From NCBI GenBank assembly GCA_963822965.1, contig CAWGJT010000006.1, positions 800,001 through 864,000 on the forward strand: a stretch of 64,000 nucleotides of DNA, read 5' to 3'. A program made the position numbers and the translations under genes. The DNA is from an uncultured delta proteobacterium. Lineage in GTDB: Bacteria > Myxococcota_A > UBA9160 > UBA4427. Of this stretch, positions 31,148 to 41,736 are shown piece after piece (position 1 is the stretch's first letter; every line of letters starts with the position of its first letter). The notes under the pieces were generated by a model. The model was not told the DNA's origin. It was given only the letters and a program-made list of their open reading frames with translations, and ran no database searches.

Positions 31148-32009
31148 ATGGCGAAGCGCACGACGCCCTCGGGCGGCCTCGAAGGCACGGCGGTCCTGGT
31201 GACCGGCGGTGGCACCGGCATCGGCCGCGCCTGCGCGGCACGCCTCGCGGCGGACGGCGCCGCGGTCACCATCTGCGGCCGGACGGAGGCGAAGCTCCGG
31301 GACGCCGCCAAGCAGATCGAGGCGGCCGCCGGCCACGGCGGCAGCGTGCAGTGGCTCACCGCCGACGTGACCGAGGAAGACGACGTGCAGGCGGCCGTCG
31401 CCCGGGCGCTCGAGCCCACCGGGGCCCTGGACGGCTGCGTGGCCAACGCGGGCGGCGGAGGCGGCATCGGCCCCTATCACGTGCAGGACACGAAGGAGTT
31501 CCTGCGCGTCCTGCACCTGAACGTGCTCGGCACGATGCTCTGCGTGAAGCACAGCGTGCCCCACCTGGTGGCGAACGGCGGCGGCTCCTTCGTCGGCATG
31601 TCCTCCATCGCCGGCCACGTCACGCACCTCTGGTTCGGCGCCTACACGGTGTCCAAGGGCGGCATCGAGCAGATGATGCGGAACGCGGCGGACGAGTACG
31701 GAAAGCACCGCGTCCGCTTCAACTCGATCCGGCCCGGGTTCATCAGCACCGAGCTGATGGCCGGCGTGCCCCGGGACAGCGACGTGTACCGCAGCTACAT
31801 CGAGAACACGCCGATGCAGGACGTCGGCGAGCCCGAGGACGTCGCGAACCTGTGCCGCTTCCTGATGGGCCCGGAATCGCGCTGGATCACGGGCACCGCG
31901 ATCAACGTCGACGGCGGCCACGCCCTGCGTCGCGGCCCCGACTTCACCCAGTTCGCCGAGGCGATCCACGGCCGCGACGTGCTCGACGGCAAGAAGCCCG
32001 CGGAGCTGA
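31148..32009 (+). CDS. SDR oxidoreductase; stop probably lost to a frameshift
   Basis: TGGGTGIG, ANAG, YTVSK, INVDGG; the ORF reads on into the next gene, so the end is approximate. Confidence 0.85.
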
Positions 32010-32057
32010 ACGCGCCACCGGGCGCGGGCTCGGAGAAGGTTCGGAGGCAGAAGCCCG

Positions 32058-33749
32058 ATGGGAGTCCGCGAGGAAGTCACGCAGCAGCTCACCGGCCCCG
32101 GCGGTCCGTTCGAGATCGTCGCTCGAGGAGGTGCTGGGGGAGCGCGCTGCCCGTCCTCGCGAAGCGGCCGCGTTCGCTGCGGGAGATGCTCGCGGCCTCC
32201 GCCGCCCACGGCGACAAGGAGTACCTGGTCCACGGCGAGCGCCGCGATCACCTACGCCGAGCACGTGGGGCGGGTCGCGTCGACCGCGGCGGCGCTGCAG
32301 GAGCGCTACGGGGTCGGGCAAGGGCGACGTGGTGGCGATCCTGGCCGCGAACTCACCGGACTGGCCGATCTTCTTCTGGGCCACGGTGAGCCTGGGCGCC
32401 GTGGTGGCCTCGATGAACGGCTGGTGGACGGCGGACGAGATCCGCTACGCGCTGCAGCGCACGACCCCGAAGCTGCTCGTCGGCCGATCGCCGCCGACTG
32501 GAGCGGGTGCCCGAGCGGACCTGGGCGTTCCCGCTCCTCGAGCTCGAATCCGAGCGCGACGCCGTGCAGCGGCCACGCCCCCGGCCGCGCGCTTCCCGAC
32601 GTTCCCATCGACGAGGACGATCCGGCCGTCATCCTCTTCACCAGCGGCACCACCGGACGACCCAAGGGCGCCGTCTCCACCCATCGCGGAATCATCGGCT
32701 TCGTGCAGGTGAACATCGTGGGGGGCGCCATCGCCGCCGTCGTCGCCGCGCGCGAGGGAACCGCGTCGCCGCCCGATCCGAACCCGCCCGCCCAGGACGC
32801 GTCCCTGGTGACGGCGCCGATGTTCCACCTCTCCGGCCTCTACGCGAACATCGTGATGCAGCTCCATTTCGGCGGAAAGCTCGTCACCCGCGAGGGTCGC
32901 TTCGACCCGGGCGAGGTGCTGCGCCTCATCGAGGCCGAGAAGATCACCCTGTGGAGCGCGCTCGGCGCCATGGGGCCGCGGGTCGCCGGTCATCCGGACG
33001 TCCGCCGCTACGACCTGTCGAGCATGCGCAACGTCGGCTTCGGCGGCGCCCCCGCCAGCCCGGCGATCCAGGAGCTGATGCGCCAGACCTTCCCCAGCGC
33101 CGCGCAGAACGTCGGCATCGGCTACGGCAGCAGCGAGACCGTCGCGGTGGTGTCCTCGATCCGGGGTCCCGAATACCGGAAGCATCCCGAGTCGGCCGGC
33201 CGCATCATGCCCATGCACGAGGTGGAGATCCGCGACCCCGAAGGCCGCCCCCTGCCGGAGGGCCGGGAGGGCGAGATCCACGTGCGCAGCGCCTACGTGA
33301 TGCGCGAGTACTGGGGCGACCCCGAAGCGAGCGCCCGCTCGCTCGGACCGCGCCGTTGGCTCGCCACCGGGGACGTGGGGCGCGTCGAGGACGGGCTCCT
33401 CTACATCAACTCCCGCGCCCGGGACATGATCCTGCGCAGCGCCGAGAACGTCTATCCGATCGAGATCGAGTACCGGCTCGACGAGCACCCCGACGTGCGC
33501 GAGTCCGCGGTGGTGGGCGTCGACCACCCGGACCTGGGCCAGGAGGTGAAGGCGATCGTCGTGCCCGAGCCGGGCCGGACGCCGGACCCCGAGAAGCTCG
33601 AGGCCTGGTGTGCGGAGACCCTCGCCGCCTTCAAGGTGCCGAGCCTGTGGGAGATCCGCGCCGAGCCCCTCCCCCGCAACGCATCGGGCAAGATCTTGAA
33701 GAACGTGCTCACCGGCGAGGCGGAGTCCGCACAGATCGAGGACGAGTGA
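32058..33749 (+). CDS. Class I adenylate-forming enzyme (acyl-CoA synthetase), several frameshifts in the N-terminal third
   Basis: FTSGTTGRPKG, GYGSSET, TGD, SGK motifs. Confidence 0.9.
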   Translation: MGVREEVTQQLTGPGGPFEIVARGGAGGARCPSSRSGRVRCGRCSRPPPPTATRSTWSTASAAITYAEHVGRVASTAAALQERYGVGQGRRGGDPGRELTGLADLLLGHGEPGRRGGLDERLVDGGRDPLRAAAHDPEAARRPIAADWSGCPSGPGRSRSSSSNPSATPCSGHAPGRALPDVPIDEDDPAVILFTSGTTGRPKGAVSTHRGIIGFVQVNIVGGAIAAVVAAREGTASPPDPNPPAQDASLVTAPMFHLSGLYANIVMQLHFGGKLVTREGRFDPGEVLRLIEAEKITLWSALGAMGPRVAGHPDVRRYDLSSMRNVGFGGAPASPAIQELMRQTFPSAAQNVGIGYGSSETVAVVSSIRGPEYRKHPESAGRIMPMHEVEIRDPEGRPLPEGREGEIHVRSAYVMREYWGDPEASARSLGPRRWLATGDVGRVEDGLLYINSRARDMILRSAENVYPIEIEYRLDEHPDVRESAVVGVDHPDLGQEVKAIVVPEPGRTPDPEKLEAWCAETLAAFKVPSLWEIRAEPLPRNASGKILKNVLTGEAESAQIEDE

Positions 33750-33883
33750 GCCAGGCGATCGCTGCGGCGATCCCGTGCCTCGACAGAAGCGGTCGCGACC
33801 CGCGCGACGCCGCCCCGACGAGACGAGGTGCGGTCGGGCCCACCGCCCTTGCCCCGCCGCGAGAAGCCTCGCAATCTTCGCGC

Positions 33884-36004
33884 ATGGCATCGTCGGACGG
33901 ACGACCCCCGGGCGGGCGCCCCGAGCGGATCGAGCAGCGGGAATCCCAGGACTCCGAGCGCTTCCGGGCCCTGACGGACCACGCCACGGAGCTGGTGGCC
34001 GAGTTCGACGAGAACGGCCGCTACCTCTACGCGAGCCCCAGCTTCCAGGCCCTGCTGGGGATCGATCCGGCGGAGCTCGTGGGCACCGTCCCGCGAGACC
34101 TGATCCACCCCGACGACCGCGATCGCACGACCGAGCGCTTCGCAGCCGCCGTCGGCGGCGAGAGCGAGTCGCACTCGGTCCACCGCCTTCGGCACCGCGA
34201 CGGCAGCTGGCGCTGGTTCGAGAACACCGGCCGCGCCTATCGCACCCAGCGCGGCGAGCTGCGCTTCGTGTCCCTGGGACGCGACATCACCGAGCGCAAG
34301 CAGGCCGAGGACAACCTGTCCCGCAAGCTCACGGCCGACCAGAAGCTGCTGCAGCTCTCGCGCCACCTCCTCTCCGTCGGGGCGCGACAGCTCGAGAAGG
34401 AGCTGGTGGGGTCGCTGTCCGTGGCCGGCGAGCTCTCGGACGCGGACCGGGTCTATCTGGTCGCCCTGCGGGCGGCGCCCGACGAACGCGCCGACGTGTA
34501 CCAGTGGAGCGACGACGACGGTCCGCCCGCGCGGCTCGAGGACCTCCCGTGGCTGATGGAGGAGATCCGCGCCGGACGCGTGGTCCACTGGGGCGACGCC
34601 GCGGAGCTGCCGGCCCTCGCGAGTCGAGACCGCGAAGAGCTCGCGAGGCGCGGGGTTGGCAGCCTGCTGGGCCTGCCCCTGCGGGCGGGCCAGCACCGCA
34701 TCGGCATGCTCTGCTTCGAGCGCGTGCGGGACGCCCGGCCTTTCACGGCCGACGAAGTGACCTTGCTCAGCCTCGCCGCGGATGTCTTCGCCGGCTCGAT
34801 CGATCGGCTGCGCACCGAGAGCGCCCTCGAGGAGAGTCGCCTGCAGCTCACCCACGCGCAGAAGATGGAGGCCGTCGGGCGCCTCGCCGGAGGCATCGCC
34901 CACGACTTCAACAACCTGCTGATGGTGATCGGCGGCTTCAGCGCGAGCCTCGCTCGCGAGCTGCCTCCCGATCATCCCGCCCGGGGCGACGCCCGCGAGA
35001 TCGAGCACGCGGTGGAGCGGGCCGCCAAGCTCACCGAGCAGCTGCTCACCCTGAGCCGACGCCAGGTGGTCGACGCCCGCCCCGTCGACCTGAACACCCT
35101 CGTCCGGGGCATGCGGGAGATCCTGAGCCGGCTGCTGGGCGAAGACCTGAGCCTGGAGGTGCAACCGGAGCCCCGGCTGCCGGCGGTGCGGGTGGACACC
35201 GGGCAGTTCGAGCAGGCGCTCGTGAACCTCGCGATGAACGCCCGCAACGCCATGACGACCGGCGGCTCCCTGCTCGTCTCGACCCACACGCGGCGCCTGG
35301 ACGACGCGGAGGCCTACGGCATCGGCCTTACGGGCGGGGGGGACTACGTGATCCTGGGGGTGCGGGACACCGGCTGCGGGATGGACGCGGCCACCCAGTC
35401 GCGGGTGTTCGAGCCGTTCTTCACCACGCGCGAGCCCGGTCAGGGCACGGGTCTGGGGCTCTCGATCGTCTACGGGCTCGTACAGCAGTGGAACGGCGCG
35501 ATCAACCTCTGGAGCCGCCCCGGTCAGGGCGCGATGTTCCGGATCTACCTTCCCGCGGTGGCGGACGAGCCCCAGGCTCCGCTGCACCGGGAGACGCGCA
35601 GCGGGCCGCCGGGCAGCGAGACCGTCCTGCTGGTGGAGGACGAGGCCCCGGTGCGCAGGCTGCTGCGCCGTGTCCTCACCCAGCAGGGTTATCGCGTGTT
35701 CGAGGCCCGGGACGGCGTCGAGGCGCTGGAGGTCTGGGGCGCACGCACCGGCGAGATCGACCTGCTCGTGACCGACGTCGTGATGCCGCGCATGGGCGGC
35801 GTGGCCCTGGCGCGCCGGCTCCGCGCCGAGCAGCCAGGGCTCCCGGTGCTCTTCGTCTCGGGACATCCCGAGGAGCGGACGGCGGGCCGCACGCCGGAGA
35901 TCGTGACGGGCCACTTCCTGCAGAAGCCCTGCTCGAGCCGGGATCTGCTCGCGAAGATGCGGGAGATCCTCGACGCCGGAACGGACGACGGCTCGCTAGA
36001 ATGA
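33884..36004 (+). CDS. Hybrid sensor histidine kinase (PAS-GAF-HisKA-HATPase-REC)
   Basis: [34 protein letters not shown]...TDVVMP...QKP. Confidence 0.93.
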   Translation: MASSDGRPPGGRPERIEQRESQDSERFRALTDHATELVAEFDENGRYLYASPSFQALLGIDPAELVGTVPRDLIHPDDRDRTTERFAAAVGGESESHSVHRLRHRDGSWRWFENTGRAYRTQRGELRFVSLGRDITERKQAEDNLSRKLTADQKLLQLSRHLLSVGARQLEKELVGSLSVAGELSDADRVYLVALRAAPDERADVYQWSDDDGPPARLEDLPWLMEEIRAGRVVHWGDAAELPALASRDREELARRGVGSLLGLPLRAGQHRIGMLCFERVRDARPFTADEVTLLSLAADVFAGSIDRLRTESALEESRLQLTHAQKMEAVGRLAGGIAHDFNNLLMVIGGFSASLARELPPDHPARGDAREIEHAVERAAKLTEQLLTLSRRQVVDARPVDLNTLVRGMREILSRLLGEDLSLEVQPEPRLPAVRVDTGQFEQALVNLAMNARNAMTTGGSLLVSTHTRRLDDAEAYGIGLTGGGDYVILGVRDTGCGMDAATQSRVFEPFFTTREPGQGTGLGLSIVYGLVQQWNGAINLWSRPGQGAMFRIYLPAVADEPQAPLHRETRSGPPGSETVLLVEDEAPVRRLLRRVLTQQGYRVFEARDGVEALEVWGARTGEIDLLVTDVVMPRMGGVALARRLRAEQPGLPVLFVSGHPEERTAGRTPEIVTGHFLQKPCSSRDLLAKMREILDAGTDDGSLE

Positions 36005-36069
36005 GCGACCCCGGCCGGACGCGACGGACGAGCCGGCCCGTCCCACCGCCGCCCGCGAGGAGACCCGCG

Positions 36070-37377
36070 ATGAGCGAAGCCCCCGCCTCCCGCGCCAGGC
36101 TCGCGCGTACCCCGCTCGAGCGGGCGCCGCGACCGCAGCTCGGCGACGATCCGATTCCCAAGGAGCGCTACGTCTCGCCCGCGTTCATGCGGCGCGAGTG
36201 GGACCGGATGTGGACGCGCACCTGGCTGCTCGCCGCCCTCGAGAGCGACCTCCCGCTTCCGGGCGACTACGCGACCTTCGAGATCGGCCCGGAGTCGATC
36301 CTGATCGTCCGGCAGGCATCGGGCGAGATCGCGGCGCGCCACAACGTCTGCATGCATCGGGGCAACCGGCTGCGGGAGCCCGGGCTGGGCCACGCCAGCT
36401 CGTTCACCTGTCTCTACCACGGCTGGCGCTACGGAATCGACGGCAGCCTCGAGTACGCCCAGGACGCGGACACCTTCGCCCAGGGATGCCCCAAGGAGTC
36501 CCTCTCCCTGCGGCCGGTGCGCTGCGCGCGCTGGGGCGGCTTCGTCTTCGTCAACCTGGAGCCCGAGGCGGAGTCCCTGGAGGACTACCTCGGCGTCATC
36601 CCTCTGCACCTCGACCCCTACCACTTCGAGGAGATGAAGGTCCTGGACGACTGGACGGTGGCGGTCGACTGCAACTGGAAGACGTCCGTCGACGCGTTCA
36701 ACGAGGCGTACCACATCGCCGGCACCCACCCGGATACCCTCGACGTGAACGACGACGTGGACGTCCCGATCGACTGTTACGGGCGCCACTCCCGCATGTG
36801 GCTGAAGCTCGCTGTGGCGAGCCCCCGCCATCCGGAGCACGGGACCGTCACCGAGACGATCCGCGAGCACTTCCTCCGCACGGCGGGGATCGATCCCGCC
36901 ACCTTCACGGGCGGTGCCGGGGACGTGAGACCGGCCATCGCCCGGGCCGTGCGGGACGTGCAGGGTCCGGCCCTCGGCGCCGACTTCTCCGAGCTGCACG
37001 ACGCCCAGCTCGTCGACGACTTCCACTACACGCTCTTCCCGAACGTGACGCTCAACATCTTCGGCCGCAGCGCCTGGCTCTTCCGCCACCGTCCCCACCC
37101 GTCCGATCCCCACAAGATGCTGTTCGACTTCTTCAACCTGCTGCGGGCCCCGGCCGCCGACATCCCGCGGCCGGAGCACCTGGAGCTCACCCTCGACGAC
37201 GACTTCGATCGCGAGCCGGTGGGCGGCGGCGGCCGGCTCCTCGGGCAGGACTTCTACAACCTGCCGCGCATCCAGCGGGGCATGCGCTCGAGCGGATTTC
37301 GGGGGCTGCACCTGGGCGAGCAGGAGCTGCGCATCCGTCACTTCCACGGCGTCCTCGACGGCTACCTCGAGGACTGA
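36070..37377 (+). CDS. Rieske non-heme iron oxygenase alpha subunit
   Basis: CMHRG...CLYHGW Rieske motif; NWK...EAYH...H; alternative start at 36001. Confidence 0.92.
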   Translation: MSEAPASRARLARTPLERAPRPQLGDDPIPKERYVSPAFMRREWDRMWTRTWLLAALESDLPLPGDYATFEIGPESILIVRQASGEIAARHNVCMHRGNRLREPGLGHASSFTCLYHGWRYGIDGSLEYAQDADTFAQGCPKESLSLRPVRCARWGGFVFVNLEPEAESLEDYLGVIPLHLDPYHFEEMKVLDDWTVAVDCNWKTSVDAFNEAYHIAGTHPDTLDVNDDVDVPIDCYGRHSRMWLKLAVASPRHPEHGTVTETIREHFLRTAGIDPATFTGGAGDVRPAIARAVRDVQGPALGADFSELHDAQLVDDFHYTLFPNVTLNIFGRSAWLFRHRPHPSDPHKMLFDFFNLLRAPAADIPRPEHLELTLDDDFDREPVGGGGRLLGQDFYNLPRIQRGMRSSGFRGLHLGEQELRIRHFHGVLDGYLED

Positions 37378-37379
37378 GC

Positions 37380-37691
37380 TTGCCCGGCCGTCGCGTTCCC
37401 CTGGACGTGTCCGGTCTACGGCCGGGAGCGACCCGCGTGGTGCGCGCCGGCGACGACGAGCTACTCGTCTGCAACGTCGAGGGCCGGATCCATGCGTTTC
37501 GGAACCGCTGCCCCCACCAGGACTTCGCACTCTCGGACGCCCGGCTGCGGGGCCACCTCATCGAGTGCTCCCTCCACGGAGGGCGCTTCGACGTGCGCGA
37601 CGGCCGGGCAGTTCGGGCTCCCACCCGCGCGTCCCTGGTCACGTACCCGGTCCACCCGACGCCCGACGGGGGCTTCGAGGTGGAGCTCTGA
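37380..37691 (+). CDS. Rieske-type ferredoxin
   Basis: CPH...CSLHG; about 100 aa directly after the oxygenase. Confidence 0.88.
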   Translation: MPGRRVPLDVSGLRPGATRVVRAGDDELLVCNVEGRIHAFRNRCPHQDFALSDARLRGHLIECSLHGGRFDVRDGRAVRAPTRASLVTYPVHPTPDGGFEVEL

Positions 37692-37818
37692 CCCCGGCGG
37701 GCTCCCCGGGGAAAGATCCGCTCCCGGCCCCCGGCGATGACATTCCCGACCGCCGGCGACCACTCCTCCGGTACGAGCTGACGAGCCGTCACATTCCGGA
37801 CCGACGGGAGGAGTGTCC

Positions 37819-40800
37819 GTGGCGAACGAGCCGCAGCGCAACCCCAGGCGAGCCGCCAGGCGCAATGCCAGGCACCGGCCGTATCCTCTCCGCCGGCAGC
37901 TGGCGGGCCTGCTGCTGCTGCTCGCCGCCCCGATCGCGGCTCCGGGCGCCGGCGCCCAGGACTCGGGCCTGCTGCTGTACGGCACCGAGGGCAACCGCCT
38001 GCGTCGCTACGACGTCGACAGCATCGGCAGCGGCCGCCTCGTCGAGGAGATCCTGGTGGAGCGCGCGAGCGCCGGCGAGCTCGCGAGCCCGAGCGGTCCG
38101 GGGCGCGACATCAACGGACAGATCTGCCGGTTCCCCGACGGCAGCGGGCGCTTCGTGGCGGGGGAGGACTCGAACCAGCCGAACCCGCGGCCGGGCTGGG
38201 GAATCTTCGCGGCCGACGGCCACCAGGTGGGCAAGCTGTCGGCCACCTACCAGGTGGCGGGCGCCGAGCCCCATGGCTGCGCGTTCGATCCCACGACCGG
38301 CATCCTGTTCACCACCTCGGTGGGCGAGCAGGGCTTCGGCACGGCTTCGGGTCAGCTCATCCTGTGGTTCCCACCGTACGAGGGATACCCGGGTCCACCC
38401 GGCGCCTATCCCGACCAGAATCCGATCAGCAGCAACTTCTGCAAGCTCGCCATCGACATCGGCACGGCCGGTAGCGTGCTCGTCGATCCCACCGGTCGCG
38501 TGCTGGTCGCCGCATCGGGCGCGCTGCGGGTGTTGCGCTTCAATCCGCCCTTCCCCAGCTCGCCGGACGCCGCGGGCGGCTGCGGCGCGACGGATCCCCA
38601 GGGCTCGCCGATGGTCGACGCCTCGATCACCGAGCGCACGGCCGGCGAGACGCCTTACCGCGAAGACAGCCTCCTCGGGCCCGGCGGCAACATGCTGACG
38701 CCGTCCGGCCTGGCGCTGTCGCCCCAGGGCACCCTCTATGCGGGCAGCGTGCTCACGGGCGTCATCAACGAGTACGACCTGGAGACGGGCGCCTTCCTGC
38801 GCCAGCTGATCGACGTGCAGCCGCCGCTCGTGCTGCCCACTCCCTACGGCAATCCCCAGGGCATCGCGGTGGGCGAAGACGGCACGGTGTACTACGCCGA
38901 CCTGTCCCTCGTCGGCAGCCTGAGCGATCCCACCGGCATCGGCCCCGGCCCCAACGGCAAGGTGTGGCGGGTTCGATTCGACGAGCAGGGGGATCCCCTC
39001 GAGCCCGAGAGGGTCCGCGACGGGCTCTCGTTTCCCGACGGCGTGGCGCTCTTCCCGGGCAACCTCCAGCGCGGCGAGTGGCTCACGTTCGCCGGCGGGC
39101 CGGCCCGCCGCTTCGACAACCCGAACGAGTCCGTGATCACCGGCGGCAACGTCGACGAGCTGGCCGTCCGCTGGAAGATCCCGGTGGACAAGGTCATCAC
39201 CGCCTCGCCCTCGGTGGCGGCCGTCGACCTGCCCGGCGAAGGGCTCACCTCCCTCGTCTTCTTCCAGTCCTGGGACCTCTCGATCTACGCGGCGCGGGTC
39301 TCCGACGGCAGCCTCGTCTGGCGCTTCGAGACCGAAGACCAGCCCGGCGCCGCATTTCCGAGCACCGCCTCCGTGCACGTCCAGAAGCTTGCGAACCGCG
39401 AGCGGGTCTTCGTCGGTCAGGGCCACAACCTCTACTCCCTCGACGCCGCCACGGGCGAGGAGATCTGGCGCTTCACGGCGGGCACGGGCTGCGGCTACGA
39501 CGACGGCGGCCCGCCCGGGCTCTGCGGCTTCGACGGCGAGCGCAACCAGATCGAGTCGAGCGCCATCGTGGCGGACGGCAAGGTCTTCTTCGGCATGGAC
39601 GTGAACGACGTCGCCACGGGCAAGGGCGGATTCTTCGCGGTCGACGCCCTCGACGGCCGCCTCGCCTGGTTCTTCGATCTCGAGAGCGGCATGACCTGCC
39701 GGCCCGATCCGGGGGACGAGATCCGCCGGTACGACGGCTACCACAGCGAGGCGGAGCTCGGCCTCCCCGCCGGCTTCTTCGCCACCCGCGCAGGCTGCAG
39801 CCACCCGCGCTCGGCGAACGGCTGTGGCAACGTGTGGTCGTCCCCAGCCTGGGACCCCGCCCGCGGCGCGCTCTTCTTCGCCTCCAGCAACTGCGACACC
39901 CCGATCGACGGCGCCAGCGGCGATCCCGAGCCGATGCCGCCGTTCGACGAGTCGATCGTCTCCCTCGACCTCGACGGCAACGTGCGCTGGGCGTGGCGTC
40001 CGCGGGAGTTCGACAACGACGACCTCGCCTTCGGCGGCGCGCCGAACCTGTTCCGCATCGAGGTACCGATCGACTCCGTGGCGACGCTCGTGGACGCCGT
40101 GGGCGTCGGCTCGAAGGACGGGACCTACTACGTGCTCGACCGCGACGGCGCGAACCAGGTGACGGGCGCCGCGTGGCACGACGATCCTGCGACGCACCTG
40201 CCAGCCGGTCTTCCCTACTGGGCGACGAAGGTGGTCGACGGCGGCAGCATCGGCGGCATCCTCTCCACCGCCGCAGTCGACGAGGTGAACGGGCGTATCC
40301 ACTTCAGCACCGCCCCCGGCGAGAGCGGGGCGAACTCGCCTCCGGCGGCGCCCCAGGTACCCACCGTGCACGCCCTCGACATGGATACCGGCGCGGTCCT
40401 GTGGCAGAACGCCGGCGAGACGCCGCCGCTCGCGAGCTTCTCGTCCATGAGCCGCATTCCGGGCGTCGTCTTCGCGGGCTCCTCGGTGGGCGCCAAGCTG
40501 CGCGCCTACTTCGTCGGCACGGGCTTCAAGCTGGCCGAGCTCGACCTGCAGAACTTCGGCCTCGGCTCCACGCCCGTGGTCGTCGACGGCACGCTCTTCG
40601 TGGGCGGCGGGATCGGCACGCGCACGCTGACCGGCAGCGGCATCAGCGACGTCGTCGCGAGCTTCCCGTCGGCGCTCACCGCCCTCTGCATCCCGGGCAC
40701 GTCGGGCTGCGCCGCCTGCAACGACGGCGCCGACAACGACGGTGACGGCGAGGTGGACGCCGCCGACGCGGGCTGCACGGCCCCGGGCGACGACTCCGAA

Positions 40801-41117
40801 GTGGCCGGAGACGTGAACGGCGACGGCACGGTCGACGAGCGCGACGAGCGCCGCTTCCTGGCGGGCTTCGGACACTCGGCGGGCCAGGTGGGCTACGCGA
40901 TCGGCGCCGACCTCGATCCGCCCGGCGCCCCGGACGGCGTCGTGGGCCTGGTGGACTACCAGCGCTGGCTGGCGGCGCGCGACGCCTTCGAGGCGGCGTC
41001 GGGAGCCGGCGCCGCCGTCCCCCCACCCCCGTCTGCGGCCTCGTGGGCCCCGAGGCGCTGCTCGCCTGGGCCCTGGCGGCGGGGATGGCGCGACGCCGGA
41101 TCCGGAGGAGAAGATGA
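37819..41117 (+). CDS. Secreted surface protein: N-terminal beta-propeller + PQQ-binding-like propeller + Ca-binding/dockerin-like module + C-terminal CGLVGPE-TM-polyArg anchor (frameshift in the C-run near 41020-41030)
   Basis: Signal peptide; WLTFAGG...[51 protein letters not shown]...DGVVGLVDY; shifted frame ends [27 protein letters not shown]. Confidence 0.75.
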
Positions 41118-41698
41118 CGACAGTCTGCAGGCTGCTGGTCGGAGCCGCCCTCGCCGCGGGGATCGTCTCGCTGGCCCCCGCGGCCCGGGCGCTCACCACC
41201 CTGCGCATCGAGCCCGGCGCGGGAGCCTCGGTGGTGGACGGCGTGCTCGAGGTGCGCGAGGGCCGCAGCGCGAGCGTGGACGTCTTCGCCACCATCGACT
41301 CCGCCACGCCGATCATCGGATTCGGCCTGGATCTGGACCACGACGACCTGCTGCTCGGCGCCAGCCCCGCCGCCGTGGGGAGTGCCTGGATCGAGGTCTT
41401 CTCGGCCGACGGGGACGGTCTGGCGGGGCTCGCCGCGCCCCCCGGCGTGAGCGGAGACGACGTGCTGCTGGCCAGCGTCGAAATCCTGGGCCTCACCCGC
41501 GGGCTCACGTCCCTCTCGCTCTCCGTCAGCGAGGACGACCCCAGCGAGGGCTTCGCGCTGCAGGCGGTGGGCGCCTTCGACGTGGTGGACTTCGGGAGCG
41601 CCCTGCCCGTGCTCGTCACCCCCGAGCCCGGCACCGGCGTGCTGCTGGGCGCAGCGCTGGCCGGCGTCGCGGGCTGGCGGCGCCGACGGCGGAGCTGA
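41114..41698 (+). CDS. PEP-CTERM protein with putative cohesin-like beta-sandwich
   Basis: Signal peptide; C-terminal [30 protein letters not shown] overlap with the upstream gene. Confidence 0.8.
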   Translation: MTTVCRLLVGAALAAGIVSLAPAARALTTLRIEPGAGASVVDGVLEVREGRSASVDVFATIDSATPIIGFGLDLDHDDLLLGASPAAVGSAWIEVFSADGDGLAGLAAPPGVSGDDVLLASVEILGLTRGLTSLSLSVSEDDPSEGFALQAVGAFDVVDFGSALPVLVTPEPGTGVLLGAALAGVAGWRRRRRS

Positions 41699-41736
41699 CC
41701 CTGGCCCCGGGAACGCCGCCGGGCGAAGCTCCCGGC

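Noticed and set aside
31148..32389. SDR fused to an acyl-CoA synthetase segment
   Set aside because: Better explained by indels removing the SDR stop; the synthetase has its own RBS and ATG at 32058.
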